Source of the DNA: an uncultured Spirochaetota bacterium
Lineage (GTDB): Bacteria; Spirochaetota; Spirochaetia; SZUA-6; Fen-1364
Length of the DNA: 64,000 bases
Direction: 5' to 3'
Assembly (NCBI GenBank): GCA_963745235.1
Contig: CAVUXE010000057.1
Coordinates: forward strand, 9,844 to 73,843
The translations under genes were made by a program, and so were the position numbers. Positions 1 through 10,137 of this stretch are shown here, piece by piece (position 1 is the stretch's first letter; the number at the start of each line of letters is the position of its first letter). The notes beneath the pieces are model-generated. The model was not told the DNA's origin and made no database searches. It saw only the letters and a list, made by a program, of their open reading frames with translations.

Positions 1-211
1 GAAGTTCACGAGGGCAGGACGGGCCGTTTGGTGACCGTTGGCGTCTGTCCGGCGTGCTGGAACTCTCCGGCGCGCAGGAAGATGCTCCTGGCAGTGCTCG
101 CAAAAAGGAGCTTCGTGGTCGTCCATGGCGAGGACGGGGCGACGGGCATATACCTGCCCGGCACGGCGCATGCTCCGAATTGTCCCTGGAGCCTCGCAGG
201 GAGATAGAGGA

Positions 212-2044
212 ATGAACCCGGATCAGCACAAAAAGACTCAGTTTTCGATTTTCTACGTCCTGATAGCGCTTCTCGTCATCCTGGGGCTGCAGTGGTACCT
301 GGGGGGCGGAATGTCGAGCGACGTTGCGTACAGCGACTTCAAGAAATACCTCTCGGATGGGAAGGTGAGAGAGGTCGTGATCTCTCCCTCTGACATCCAG
401 GGCGTGCTGGCCACGCCCGGAGGGCAGCCGACGCCCTTCCACACGATGCGGGTGGATGACCAGGACCTCGTGAGGCAGCTCACCGAGAAAGGCGTGAAGT
501 TCACGGGCAAGGCCCAGGGATCCATCCTGGGCAACGTCCTGTCCTGGATCCTGCCCCTGGCAATCATGTTTGCCCTCTGGAACTTCTTCATGATGCGGAT
601 GGGCTCGGGCGGCCCCGGGGTGCTCAGCATTGGCCAGAGCAAGGCAAAGCTCGTTGCCGACATGGGAGCCAAGCGGACTACCTTCGGGGACGTGGCGGGC
701 ATTGACGAAGCCAAGGAGGAGCTCCAGGAGGTCGTTGACTTCCTGAAGACCCCGCGGCGCTTCGAGGACCTGGGGGGCCGGATCCCCAGAGGGATCCTCC
801 TGGTGGGCGCCCCGGGGACCGGCAAGACCCTTCTTGCAAAAGCCGTTGCCGGTGAAGCGGGCGTCCCTTTCTTCAGCATATCGGGGTCGGAGTTCGTTGA
901 GATGTTTGTCGGCGTTGGCGCCGCGCGGGTCCGGGATCTTTTCTCCCAGGCCGCAGGCAAGGCGCCATGCATCATCTTCATTGATGAGCTGGATGCCCTC
1001 GGCAAGGCCCGCGGTTACAGCCCCGTGGGAGGATACGACGAGCGCGAGCAGACCCTGAACCAGCTCCTCACGGAGATGGATGGCTTTGATACGCGCAAGG
1101 GCGTAATCATCATGGGGGCGACCAACCGGCCCGAGATCCTGGATCCCGCGCTCCTTCGGCCGGGGAGATTTGACCGGCAGGTGGTGGTTGACCGTCCCGA
1201 CCTGGTGGGCCGGGAAGCCATCCTGAAGGTCCACATCAAGGGCGTGAAGCTTGCAAGCGATGTGGACCTCCACGTCATTGCCCAGCGGACGCCCGGCTTC
1301 GTGGGGGCGGACCTCGCCAACATCGTGAATGAAGCCGCCCTCCTTGCCGCGCGACGGTCCAAGACGGAAGTCCACATGCCTGAGTTCGACGAGGCCATTG
1401 ACCGCGTGGTTGCCGGGCTGGAGAAGAAGAAGCGGCTCATCAGCCCCCGGGAGAAAAAGATTGTCGCCTTTCACGAGTCCGGACATGCAATCGTCGGACA
1501 CAGCCTCGGCAGCTCGGATACCGTGCAGAAGATTTCCATTGTCCCCCGCGGAGTGGCGGCGTTGGGATATACCATCCAACTCCCCACGGAAGACCGCTAC
1601 CTGGTGACAAAGCGGGAGCTGGAGGAGAAGCTTGCTACCCTCCTGGGCGGGCGCGTCGCGGAGGAGATATTCTTCAACGACGTCTCAACGGGGGCGCAGA
1701 ACGATCTCTTCAAGGCTACCGACATCGCCCGGGCAATGGTCAAGGAATACGGGATGAGCACGCGCATGGGCCTGACCGCGTATGAGCGGCCGCACAACCC
1801 GTTCCTCCGCGGAGACTCGTACTTCCCGACGGAGAAGGAGTACTCGGAGAAGATCGCCGCGGAGATCGATGAGGAAGTGAGGCTCATCCTGCAGAAGGCG
1901 CATGAAACGGCGAAGGCCATCCTGGAAGAAAAGCGCGTCAAGGTGGAAGAGCTGGCGAGCCTGCTGCTGGAGAAGGAAGTGGTGGATCGGGAAGAGTTCG
2001 TGAAGCTCTTCGACGGGGTGGAACAGAAGAAGGAGCTCGCCTAG
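212..2044 (+). CDS. ftsH: ATP-dependent zinc metalloprotease FtsH
   Basis: ORF 38..2044. Has Walker A GAPGTGKT, Walker B IIFIDELD and zinc motif HESGHA, plus an N-terminal TM segment. Start moved to ATG 212 (MNPDQHKK), which follows GAGATAGAGG; the 58 codons upstream are Arg-rich and look non-coding. Confidence 0.93.
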   Translation: MNPDQHKKTQFSIFYVLIALLVILGLQWYLGGGMSSDVAYSDFKKYLSDGKVREVVISPSDIQGVLATPGGQPTPFHTMRVDDQDLVRQLTEKGVKFTGKAQGSILGNVLSWILPLAIMFALWNFFMMRMGSGGPGVLSIGQSKAKLVADMGAKRTTFGDVAGIDEAKEELQEVVDFLKTPRRFEDLGGRIPRGILLVGAPGTGKTLLAKAVAGEAGVPFFSISGSEFVEMFVGVGAARVRDLFSQAAGKAPCIIFIDELDALGKARGYSPVGGYDEREQTLNQLLTEMDGFDTRKGVIIMGATNRPEILDPALLRPGRFDRQVVVDRPDLVGREAILKVHIKGVKLASDVDLHVIAQRTPGFVGADLANIVNEAALLAARRSKTEVHMPEFDEAIDRVVAGLEKKKRLISPREKKIVAFHESGHAIVGHSLGSSDTVQKISIVPRGVAALGYTIQLPTEDRYLVTKRELEEKLATLLGGRVAEEIFFNDVSTGAQNDLFKATDIARAMVKEYGMSTRMGLTAYERPHNPFLRGDSYFPTEKEYSEKIAAEIDEEVRLILQKAHETAKAILEEKRVKVEELASLLLEKEVVDREEFVKLFDGVEQKKELA

Positions 2045-2056
2045 GCACGGAGGCAG

Positions 2057-2078
2057 CCCCGGCTGGCCTATGCCGGGG
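2057..2078. terminator. Possible bidirectional hairpin between convergent ftsH and the PilZ gene
   Basis: CCCCGGC-N8-GCCGGGG, a 7-bp stem, lies between or over the two stop codons. There is no U-tract, so the call is weak. Confidence 0.25.
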
Positions 2079-2805
2079 CGGTGGCGCTCTTCAGCTCCCG
2101 TTGGGCCCGGGACTCGATGTATTTCAGCAATGTGGTGTGCCCGCCCTCGCCGAAGCCAAGGAACTGGAATCCCAGCTCTTCGCGGTTGCGGGTCAGCTTG
2201 CAGTCCACGGAAATAACGGTGTCTTCCACCTTGAGCGAGCAGTGCGGAATCTCGATCCCCACCGGAAGGTCCGCTGCGGCAGTGGAGACGCTGGGAAGAA
2301 AGCTCGATCCCTGGATGGAAAGCTCGCGAACGGCTCCCGTGACGAAGGAAAGCCGAAGAGGGTGCGTGAACGCGAACCCGACGCGCTCCGGGGCTGACGG
2401 CACGAGGCGGGTATAGTTTCTCTTGTCCCGCACTGATCGGTAGCGCCGGATGATCTCTTCCAGGCGGTAGAGCTCTTTCTTGTCGGAAAGGTTTCGTCCC
2501 AGGATTCCGTTTGCGCCCAGGTGCGCCGCCTTGGCCCCGTCCTCCATGGGAAAGTCGCTTGCGGTCACCAGGAGGAAGATGACCTCTTCCCGCGGCTTCT
2601 TGTCCCGCACCAGCTTGAGGAGAGGCTTCCAATGCCGGGGGAAGTCCACCGCGTCAAAGAGGATAGTCTGGGGCTGCATCTCCTCGAATCGCTGTATTGC
2701 CCGCACGGGGTCTGTTTCCTGCTCCAGCTCGAAGCCCAGCGGCTTGAGATGGTAGCCCAGGACGTTCGCGTGCTCCTTTGATGATGCAACGAGGAGCAGT
2801 TTCAT
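2068..2805 (-). CDS. Degenerate receiver-like domain fused to a PilZ-like c-di-GMP-binding domain
   Basis: The N-terminus has a CheY-like alternating pattern but lacks the acidic pair (LLLVASSKEH) and the conserved Lys (GILGRN). The C-terminus has RNYTR (RxxxR) followed by ELSIQG, which resembles (D/N)xSxxG. Confidence 0.65.
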   Translation of the reverse strand: MKLLLVASSKEHANVLGYHLKPLGFELEQETDPVRAIQRFEEMQPQTILFDAVDFPRHWKPLLKLVRDKKPREEVIFLLVTASDFPMEDGAKAAHLGANGILGRNLSDKKELYRLEEIIRRYRSVRDKRNYTRLVPSAPERVGFAFTHPLRLSFVTGAVRELSIQGSSFLPSVSTAAADLPVGIEIPHCSLKVEDTVISVDCKLTRNREELGFQFLGFGEGGHTTLLKYIESRAQRELKSATAPA

Positions 2806-2814
2806 GCGCGCCGC

Positions 2815-3867
2815 CTATTGAGTGCCAAGATTCTTGATTTCGTAGTCGTCAATTATCCAGTACCTGTCCCTCTTCTTCAAGAGGTAGGTGTACTGCTTCA
2901 GCTCGGTGTAGTCAGGGTACTTGAACCTCTCCAGCACCTGCACCGTGGCTTCACTCGGATCATACGACGTCTTCTGGATCTCGAAGGACGTGGGGATGAT
3001 GCTGATCTCCTGGTCGATCCTTGCCTGCATCAGCTCCTGGCGGAACTGGTCGATCATCTGGCGCTGTGCCGCCTCCGATGATCTGCGGAACACCCGATCC
3101 CTCTCCGGATTGCGCCGGAGCAGGGACTCGAGGTCCAGGTAGAGAAAGAACTTCTCCCACTGGCTCTTCTGCCGCGCGCTGATCGTGTATGCTACTACCT
3201 CGTCCGGCGGGAGCGGGGCCCGCGCAATCAGCGCCCCGGTTTCGGCTTCCACCGCTGCCCGTTCCTCCGCGCCCATCACGGGGGGCTTGATGTTCAGCGT
3301 CATGCGGTTGGATTGCATGACCGTTGAGCCGGGGCCGCGGAACAGGTCGGGATAGAACATTGCCTCCACGACGTAGAGGCCGGCGTCGGTGAAGGAGATG
3401 TACCTGGCAAGGTCGACCACGAAGCTGTAGTCCTCTCCCGGCTCCAGGCTCACGTCGCGGAAGAACACCGGTTGATCCGAGTTTCGGCCCATGGTAAATT
3501 CCTTCGCGTGCGCAAGGGGAAGGTTCGTGGTGGTGCGCACGTCGAAGTCGAGGTTGTAATAGCGATTGTCGGCTACCCGGAACCTCATGGTGTCCGGTGA
3601 GTTGTTCTGGATGACCGCCTGGATCTGGATTTCGTCCCCGAGGAAGTAGATCTTTTTCTCATAGAAGCGGACGGAGAAAGCCGCGGTTGGGGCAGCCATG
3701 GAGCTGGAGGCGCCGCCGACGCCCGGCATGGCTGACCCGCCTGCCTGGCCCTGGATGCCGGGCTGACCCTGTGTGCCGGGTTGCCCCTGCGGGCTGACCT
3801 GTGCCGCAACCCAGAGAGGTGGGACAAAAACGAAAAGCGCGAACGCGAGGGCAAGATTCTTACTCAC
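2815..3867 (-). CDS. Secreted hypothetical protein with a Gly/Gln/Pro-rich linker
   Basis: 350-aa ORF with an N-terminal signal-like segment MSKNLALAFALFVFVPPLWVAAQ, then GQPGTQGQPGIQGQAGG. I recognised no family. Confidence 0.55.
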   Translation of the reverse strand: MSKNLALAFALFVFVPPLWVAAQVSPQGQPGTQGQPGIQGQAGGSAMPGVGGASSSMAAPTAAFSVRFYEKKIYFLGDEIQIQAVIQNNSPDTMRFRVADNRYYNLDFDVRTTTNLPLAHAKEFTMGRNSDQPVFFRDVSLEPGEDYSFVVDLARYISFTDAGLYVVEAMFYPDLFRGPGSTVMQSNRMTLNIKPPVMGAEERAAVEAETGALIARAPLPPDEVVAYTISARQKSQWEKFFLYLDLESLLRRNPERDRVFRRSSEAAQRQMIDQFRQELMQARIDQEISIIPTSFEIQKTSYDPSEATVQVLERFKYPDYTELKQYTYLLKKRDRYWIIDDYEIKNLGTQ

Positions 3868-3903
3868 CTTGGAAGCTCCCGATTATAATATTCGGACGAT
3901 TCA

Positions 3904-6900
3904 ATGACAAACTTGTTCCGAAAACAGCTTGACCTGCACTTCCAGCGCTCAAAAGCCTTCCACGCCGTTGCCGAGGCCCAGGGGAAGAAAAGCGCGGCAG
4001 TGCGCGTCCATGGACCCAAAGGGGCCTACCTTTCCCTGGTCATTGACCGCCTGCACCGCCACGCCAAGAGCGGCACGTCGCTCGTCGTCGTTCCGACCGA
4101 GATGGAGGCGGAGGCAATCACCCAGGACGTGGAGTCCTTTGGCGTCGCGAGCCCCGTGCTGTTCCCCTGGTGGGGCACGGTGGGGTACGAGGGGGCAAGC
4201 CCGCTTGCCTCGATTTTCGGGGAAAGGGTCTCCACTCTATCGAGGATCACCAGTGGTGAGGACCTCCTGGTTGTGACTCCCCTCAGGGCCCTCCTGACGC
4301 CCGTGCCTGCGCCGGGCTACCTCGCCACCCGCACTGTCTCCGTCAGGAAAGGACAGAAACTGGACCCGCAGGAGACCGCGGCGCGGCTCTCAGCCGCCGG
4401 GTACCTGCGCGTGCCCACGGTGAGCATCCACGGCGAGCTTGCCGTCCGTGGGGAGGTCCTCGACGTCTTTATTCCCGGCCACGAGCTTGCGGTGCGCCTC
4501 ACCCTGGATTTCGACACCGTTGCCTCTATCCGGAGGTTCGACCCCATCAACCAGGGCTCGACAGAGACGCTGGACCGGATCGACATCACCCCCTGCCGCG
4601 AAGTTGTCATTGGCCAGGAGGAGAGCCGCTGGCTCTCCAAGGGGCTGCTGGACCAGGGCTTTGGCGAAAAGGAGGTGGAGGTCACCATTTCGCAGTTGAT
4701 GGATGATCCGGAGGCGGGAGGCGTCGAGCTGTTCTATCCCCTGTGCTTCGAGTCGCCTTCCTCCCTCCTCGACTATCTCGGCCCCGGTGCGCAGGTGTTC
4801 CTGGTGGATGAGGAGAGGCTGCTGACCAGCGCGGCATCGCTGCGCAAGGAGCACCTGGAGCTCTTCCGCAGGGCGCGGTCAAAGAAAAGGATCGTTCCCG
4901 GTCCACAGAAGATCTTCCTGGACTTTCCCGAGCTCCTTGCGCGCGCGCCGCGCCGCGTGGACTTTGCCGCGGATGCGGCGGCGGACGCGCTTGCCCTTCC
5001 TTCGGACGGCCCCAGGTCGTTCTTCGGCAATTTCACTTTCTTCCGCGAAGAGGTGGAAGCGGCGTTGAAGAACGGGTACTCGGTGTTCATTTTCGCCGTC
5101 TACGACGTCCAGGCGGATCGCCTGCGGCACATCCTGAAGGATCTGCCCGTCGCGATCCTTCCGTAGAGCATCTCCGCCGGCTTCGCGCTGCCGGAGCAGA
5201 AGGTCCTTGCCATCCAGGAGGCGGAGATCTTCGGCCGCAAGCGGCGGATCCCCCGCTCGGTGGGCGCGGCCAAGAGCGCCGCCATAGAGAGCTTCGTGGA
5301 GCTCACGCCGGGGGATTTCGTCGTCCACGTGAACTACGGAATCGGGGAGTTCCAGGGCATCGAGCGCATTTCCGCGGCCGGCAACGAGCGTGACTACATC
5401 ACCCTGGAGTACGCGGACGGGGAGAAGCTCTTCATCCCCATCGAGCAGGTCAACCTGATCCAGCGCTACATCGGCCAGGAGGGGAGAAAGCCCCGGCTGG
5501 ACAGCCTCGGCGGGAAGGGGTGGCAGAAGCGCAAGGAGAAGGCCCGCAAGGCGGTGGAGGAGCTGGCGCAGGGGCTGCTGGACCTGTACTCGCGGCGCAA
5601 GGCGGAACCCGGCTTCGCCTTCCCGCCGGACACCGACTGGCAGAGCGAGTTCGAGGCGGCCTTCCCCTACCAGGAGACCGAGGACCAGCTTCGCTGCATC
5701 GAGGAAGTGAAGAAGGACATGGAGTCACCGCGACCCATGGACCGCCTGGTCTGCGGTGACGTGGGATACGGAAAGACGGAGATCGCGCTGCGCGCCGCGT
5801 TCAAGGCCGTGATGGGCGGCAAGCAGGTGGCGCTCCTCGCGCCCACCACCATCCTCGTGGAGCAGCACTTCGAGACCTTCCGCGAGCGCTTTGCGAGGTT
5901 CCCGGCATCCATTGCCATGCTGTCGCGCTTTCGGACCGCGAAGGAGCTGAAAGCGGCCATCGCCGACATCGCGGGCGGCAAGGTCGACATCGCCATCGGG
6001 ACCCATCGCTTGATCCAGAAGGACGTGAAGTTCAGGAACCTCGGCCTCCTCGTTGTGGATGAAGAGCAGCGCTTCGGAGTCAAGCACAAGGAGCGCCTGA
6101 AGCAGATCAAGAGCTCGGTGGACTGCCTCACCCTCACGGCCACCCCCATTCCGCGCACTCTCAACATGTCGCTGATGAAGGTCAGGGACATGTCCATCCT
6201 CAACAGCGCGCCGCAGAACAGGCTTCCCATCGAGACGTTCGTGACGGAGTTCAACGAGGAGCTGGTGGCACGCGCCATCCGGGAGGAGATCGCGCGCGGA
6301 GGACAGGTCTACTACCTGCACAACCGCGTGGAGACCATCGGGGAGATCCACCTGTTCCTGCAGAGGCTCGTGCCGGAGGTTTCCATAGCGGTTGCCCACG
6401 GCCAGATGGAGGAGGACGGGCTGGAGGAGGTGATGCGCGGGTTCGTGCATGGGGAAAGGCAGCTGCTGCTCTCCACCACCATCATCGAGAACGGCCTGGA
6501 CATCCCCAACGTGAACACCATCATCATCGACCGCGCTGACAACCTGGGAATCTCCCAGCTCTACCAGCTGCGCGGGCGGGTGGGCAGAGCCGGCATCCCC
6601 GCGTATGCCTACCTCCTGTACCCCGACCGGCGGGCCCTCAGCGAGGTGGCCATGAAGCGCCTGCGGATCATCTCCGACAACACCGAGCTGGGCTCCGGTT
6701 TCCAAATCGCCCTCAAGGACCTGGAGATCCGCGGCGCCGGCAACATCCTGGGCCGGGAGCAGCACGGCTACATCCTCTCCGTGGGCTACGACCTGTACCT
6801 GAAGATGCTGGACGAGGCGGTGGCCTCTCTCTCTTCCCGCGACCGCGAGGAGGCCCCGGAGGTCTACATGGACCTGGAATACTCGGGGTACATCCCGGAC

Positions 6901-7296
6901 TCCTACATTCCGGACGCCATGGAAAAGATGGAGGTGTACAAGAAGATCGCGGGCGTCACGACGGATGAGGAGTTCGACAAGGTCTACCGGGAGATCGAGG
7001 ACAGGTTCGGCCCCGTTCCGGACGAGGTGCACAGCGTCCTGGCCCTCGCCGAGATCCGGATCATCTGCCGCAGGCTCTTCATCACCTCCATCAAGGAGGA
7101 GAAAGGCACGCTTGCCATCGAGTTCTCACGCCTGTCCAAGGTTTCCGTGGACAAGGTGGTGCGGATGGTGAAGGAAGGGCGGGGCAGGGTCACCCTGGAT
7201 CCCATGAAACCCAATGTCCTCATCATGCGGACGGGCGCAATAGGCTTGCGGGAGAAGTCGGAGTTTCTGAGGGAGCGCCTTTCCATGCTCACTTGA
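3904..7296 (+). pseudogene. mfd: Transcription-repair coupling factor Mfd, interrupted by an in-frame TAG at 5164..5166
   Basis: ORFs 3904..5166 and 5260..7296 are in the same frame. Reading through the TAG gives a continuous sequence (..AILP*SISAGFALPEQKVLAIQEAEIFGRKRR..). RID motif GDFVVHVNYGIGEF; helicase motifs GDVGYGKTE and DEEQRFG. Confidence 0.9.
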
Positions 7297-7329
7297 GGGG
7301 AGCGGGATTCCCGCGTTATACTGCAGGGG

Positions 7330-7677
7330 ATGAAAAGCATCCTGGTCATTGACGACGAAACCATGATCCTTGATGCGATCAAGATCATTTTCGAGGACAT
7401 GGGCTATGCAGTGAAGGTCTTCTCCGATTCCCATGCGGGTATGGAAGAGGCCATCCGCAACGACTACGACCTCATCCTGGTGGACGTGCGCATGCCCGGG
7501 ATGAACGGCGCTGAGGTCACGGAGGGCATCCGCAAGGGCAAGGCGGGGGCCAAGATCCTCATCATCACCGCGTATCCGAACGATCCCCTTGCCGCCCGCG
7601 CCCTGCAGGCCGGGGCGTTCGGCCTGCTGAAAAAGCCGTTCGAGATCGCGAAAATCCTGGACTTCCTCAAGGAGTGA
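7330..7677 (+). CDS. Single-domain CheY-like response regulator
   Basis: 115 aa. Has DDE near the N-terminus, phospho-acceptor context LILVDVRMPGMNG, IIITAY and KKPF. Confidence 0.9.
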   Translation: MKSILVIDDETMILDAIKIIFEDMGYAVKVFSDSHAGMEEAIRNDYDLILVDVRMPGMNGAEVTEGIRKGKAGAKILIITAYPNDPLAARALQAGAFGLLKKPFEIAKILDFLKE

Positions 7678-7752
7678 GCGGGTGCCCAGATCCGACGAGC
7701 ACGCCTATGAAGGCCTGATCCGCGAATCGGAGCGGATCCTCCAGGACGCGGG

Positions 7753-9198
7753 GTGATCCACCAGGAGAGCGAGTCAACCACTGAAGACCGGGCAGCCGCG
7801 CGGGGGAGGCAGGAGCTCGCGTCCCTCAAGGCCGCCGAAGGGGAAAGCGCGGACGGCTACGCGGACATCAGGATCTCCGAAGATCGCATGATGGCGGCAG
7901 CCAGCTTCTACCCGCCGGTTGGAGCCGGAAGGCCGGTGGAGTTCCTCGAGGTGCAGGAGCTCATGATCGCAAAGGGGCTGCGTTTCGGCATCTCCTGGGA
8001 TACCGTCAGGTCTTCCGTCCTGGCATGCAACACCTCGCGCAAGGCCCATGCGGGAGTGGAGGTGGCGCGCGGTCGAAGGCCCACGGATGAGATTGGCCCC
8101 CGCCTGGAGGTGGAGCCGGCCCTCCTCAAGAAGGAGACAGCGGAGAGTCCCGAGGCGCAGGCGGTGGACTTCAAGGCCATCAGCCCTTTCCGCTTCGTGA
8201 AGAAGGGTGACGTCCTGGCGAGGATCACGCCGCGCATCGAGGGCACCGCGGGCATTGACGTAATGGGTGCCGTGGTTGCGTACGGCAAAGCTCCCGCCCC
8301 CCGCCTGAAGCCGGGAAAGAACACACTGGTGACCGGTGAAACGGTGGTGGCCCAGTGCGATGGAAAGTTCGTGGCGGGGGAGGAGTCCTTCTGGGTGAGC
8401 GAGGTCCTGGAGATCCAGGGAGACGTGGACTACTCCACCGGGCACATCGACTTTGCTGGTGACGTCGTTGTGCACGGCCAGATCAAGCAGGGCTTCAAGG
8501 TGAAGGCGGGCGGGTCGCTGACCTGCTCAAAGCTGATAGATGCCTCCGAAGTGTCATGCGGAGGTGACCTGGAGACCGGCCAGGGGATCCTGGGACGCAT
8601 GCAGGGCACTGTCAAGGTGGGCGGCCGCGTGCGGGCAAAGTTCATCGAGAATTGCTACGTGGAGGCCGGCGGTGACGTGATGGTGGCCACGGGCTGCCTC
8701 AACTCCGTCATCAACACTCTGGGCGTGATCTCCACGGGCCCCCGGGGCGTGATCATCGGCGGGAAGCTGCACGCTCAGAAGGGAGTTTCGGCATTCCAGA
8801 TCGGAAGCACCGCGGGCGTCCGCACGGAGATTCACTGCGGCGTCGACTACCGTGTGCAGCAGAAGCTTGCGTGGATCAGGGACAAGAACATCGAGCTGGC
8901 CCTGAAGCTCAAGGAGGTGGAGGCTACCCTTGCCTCCAAAGGGGAGAGCCCTCGCCTCGCGGCGCTGCGTGACAAGCTGAAGGCGGCCATCCGCACGATG
9001 AACGACTCCGCGAAGAAAATCATCGCTTCTCTGGACAAGAACGAAGATGCGGCGGTGACGGCCAGCGGAGAGATCCACCATGGCGTGTTCGTGGAGATCT
9101 GCCACGTGCCGCTGGTTGTCTCCAAGCCCATGAGCCGGGTCCGCCTGGTCCTGGACAAGGCCTTCGGCATCGTGTCACCCGAGCGGCTCAGGGCCTGA
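7753..9198 (+). CDS. FapA/DUF342 family protein
   Basis: Beta-helix-like repeats (GDVDYSTGHIDFAGDVVVHGQIKQGFKVKAGGSL.., GGDLETGQGILG.., AGGDVMVATG..) and a C-terminal coiled coil. GTG start; the true N-terminus is uncertain because an open frame lies upstream at 7682..7755. Confidence 0.7.
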   Translation: MIHQESESTTEDRAAARGRQELASLKAAEGESADGYADIRISEDRMMAAASFYPPVGAGRPVEFLEVQELMIAKGLRFGISWDTVRSSVLACNTSRKAHAGVEVARGRRPTDEIGPRLEVEPALLKKETAESPEAQAVDFKAISPFRFVKKGDVLARITPRIEGTAGIDVMGAVVAYGKAPAPRLKPGKNTLVTGETVVAQCDGKFVAGEESFWVSEVLEIQGDVDYSTGHIDFAGDVVVHGQIKQGFKVKAGGSLTCSKLIDASEVSCGGDLETGQGILGRMQGTVKVGGRVRAKFIENCYVEAGGDVMVATGCLNSVINTLGVISTGPRGVIIGGKLHAQKGVSAFQIGSTAGVRTEIHCGVDYRVQQKLAWIRDKNIELALKLKEVEATLASKGESPRLAALRDKLKAAIRTMNDSAKKIIASLDKNEDAAVTASGEIHHGVFVEICHVPLVVSKPMSRVRLVLDKAFGIVSPERLRA

Positions 9199-10012
9199 GA
9201 GCCCTTCCTTTGGAATGAGCGCGGGCAAAGGTCCCCACGGGGCCAATGAGCGCCTCGGGAGTCTCGACCTGTGGAACATGACCGGTGCCCTTGAGAATCA
9301 TGAACCGCGCGCCGGGGATCGCTTCGGCGTATGCCCTGCCGTAGCCGGTGTCCGCAATACGGTCGGCCTCACCCCAGATCACGAGGGTCGGAGCGGTGAT
9401 GCCTCGCAACCGTGCAAGCAGGCTCGCGTCTCCCATCGTGGCGCCTCCGTAGACCGCGAGCGCGGCCCGGTTGCCGGCCATTGTCGCCTGGGCCGCCGGC
9501 GGGAGCTTCGATGGATCGATGCGGAACTTTTCCGGGTCGAAGTAGCTTCGCTGGGCAACCTCAGCAAGAGAGAGGGAGAAGAAGTCCACCACCGGGTGCC
9601 CCTCGACAAGGATGCCCATTGCGTCGACCAGGATGAAGCTGCTGATCCTGCTCGAGTGCAGCAGGGCGATTTCGGAGGCGATCCAGCCGCCGATGGAGTT
9701 GCCGATCACGGTGACGTCCACGAGGTCAAGGGCATCCAGGAGGCCGACGTACAGCTCGGCGAGGCTGGCAACGCTCGCCAGGACCTCGGGCCTGGGCGTG
9801 CCGCCAAACCCGGGGTGAGCAGGAGTGATCACGCGCGCGTGCTCCGTGGCGGCAAGAAGGTCTGCAAAACCGTTGACGGACTGCGGGCCTGCGCCTCCGT
9901 GCAGAAGGAGAAAGGGATGACCGTCTCCACGGTCCGTCAGGGTCACCTCAACGGGTCCGAAGCCAGGGGTTGTGACAGTACGATTGCTGGTGCGGGTCTC
10001 GATAGTGCTCAT
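9188..10012 (-). CDS. Alpha/beta-fold hydrolase
   Basis: HGGAG oxyanion region and GNSIGG nucleophile elbow. RBS GGGAGG sits 4 nt before ATG 10012. The frame is intact. Confidence 0.85.
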   Translation of the reverse strand: MSTIETRTSNRTVTTPGFGPVEVTLTDRGDGHPFLLLHGGAGPQSVNGFADLLAATEHARVITPAHPGFGGTPRPEVLASVASLAELYVGLLDALDLVDVTVIGNSIGGWIASEIALLHSSRISSFILVDAMGILVEGHPVVDFFSLSLAEVAQRSYFDPEKFRIDPSKLPPAAQATMAGNRAALAVYGGATMGDASLLARLRGITAPTLVIWGEADRIADTGYGRAYAEAIPGARFMILKGTGHVPQVETPEALIGPVGTFARAHSKGRALRP

Positions 10013-10034
10013 ATTGCCTCCCTGGTTGAGAATG

Positions 10035-10063
10035 TTGACAATTGCGGTGTCCTCCTATATTGT
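10035..10063 (+). promoter_or_regulatory. Sigma70-like promoter for tetR
   Basis: TTGACA (10035..10040), 17-nt spacer, TATTGT (10058..10063). It abuts the operator array. Confidence 0.5.
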
Positions 10064-10116
10064 GAACGTAATGTTCACATGAACTTATCGTTCACATGAA
10101 CAATACGTTCATATGG
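10061..10116. promoter_or_regulatory. Three tandem palindromic operators TGAAC-N5-GTTCA, presumed TetR sites
   Basis: TGTGAACgtaatGTTCACA, ATGAACttatcGTTCACA and ATGAACaatacGTTCAT. The TGAAC half-sites start at 10063, 10080 and 10097, i.e. a 17-bp phase, in the divergent hydrolase/tetR intergenic region. Confidence 0.65.
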
Positions 10117-10127
10117 AGGATAGTCAA
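10100..10127 (-). promoter_or_regulatory. Sigma70-like promoter for the hydrolase gene
   Basis: On the minus strand: TTGACT (10127..10122), 16-nt spacer, TATTGT (10105..10100). It faces the tetR promoter across the operators. Confidence 0.45.
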
Positions 10128-10137
10128 GGAAATTTGC

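Noticed and set aside
1-207. An open frame running in from the left edge on the plus strand (..VTVGVCPACWNSP..SLAGR-stop at 205..207), and a short minus-strand ORF starting at 127.
   Set aside because: Too short and without recognisable motifs. The plus-strand frame may be the 3' end of an upstream gene, but I cannot support a call.
5164-5166. TAG reassignment, pyrrolysine or programmed readthrough as the explanation for the amber codon in mfd.
   Set aside because: TAG ends several well-delimited genes here (ftsH at 2042, flgL at 39194, the flgN-like gene at 36046, trxB at 34512). I saw no other internal TAG in a conserved gene.
5725-7032. Long antisense or overlapping ORFs throughout the track, for example 5725..7032(-), 11200..12276(+), 15137..16471(+), 18684..20588(-), 36484..37521(-), 38369..39394(-), 39409..40359(-), 59655..60914(+).
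   Set aside because: They lie opposite or out of frame to genes with clear family motifs. They are rich in Arg/Pro/Gly/Ala, as expected for stop-poor alternative frames in GC-rich DNA, and show no recognisable motifs.
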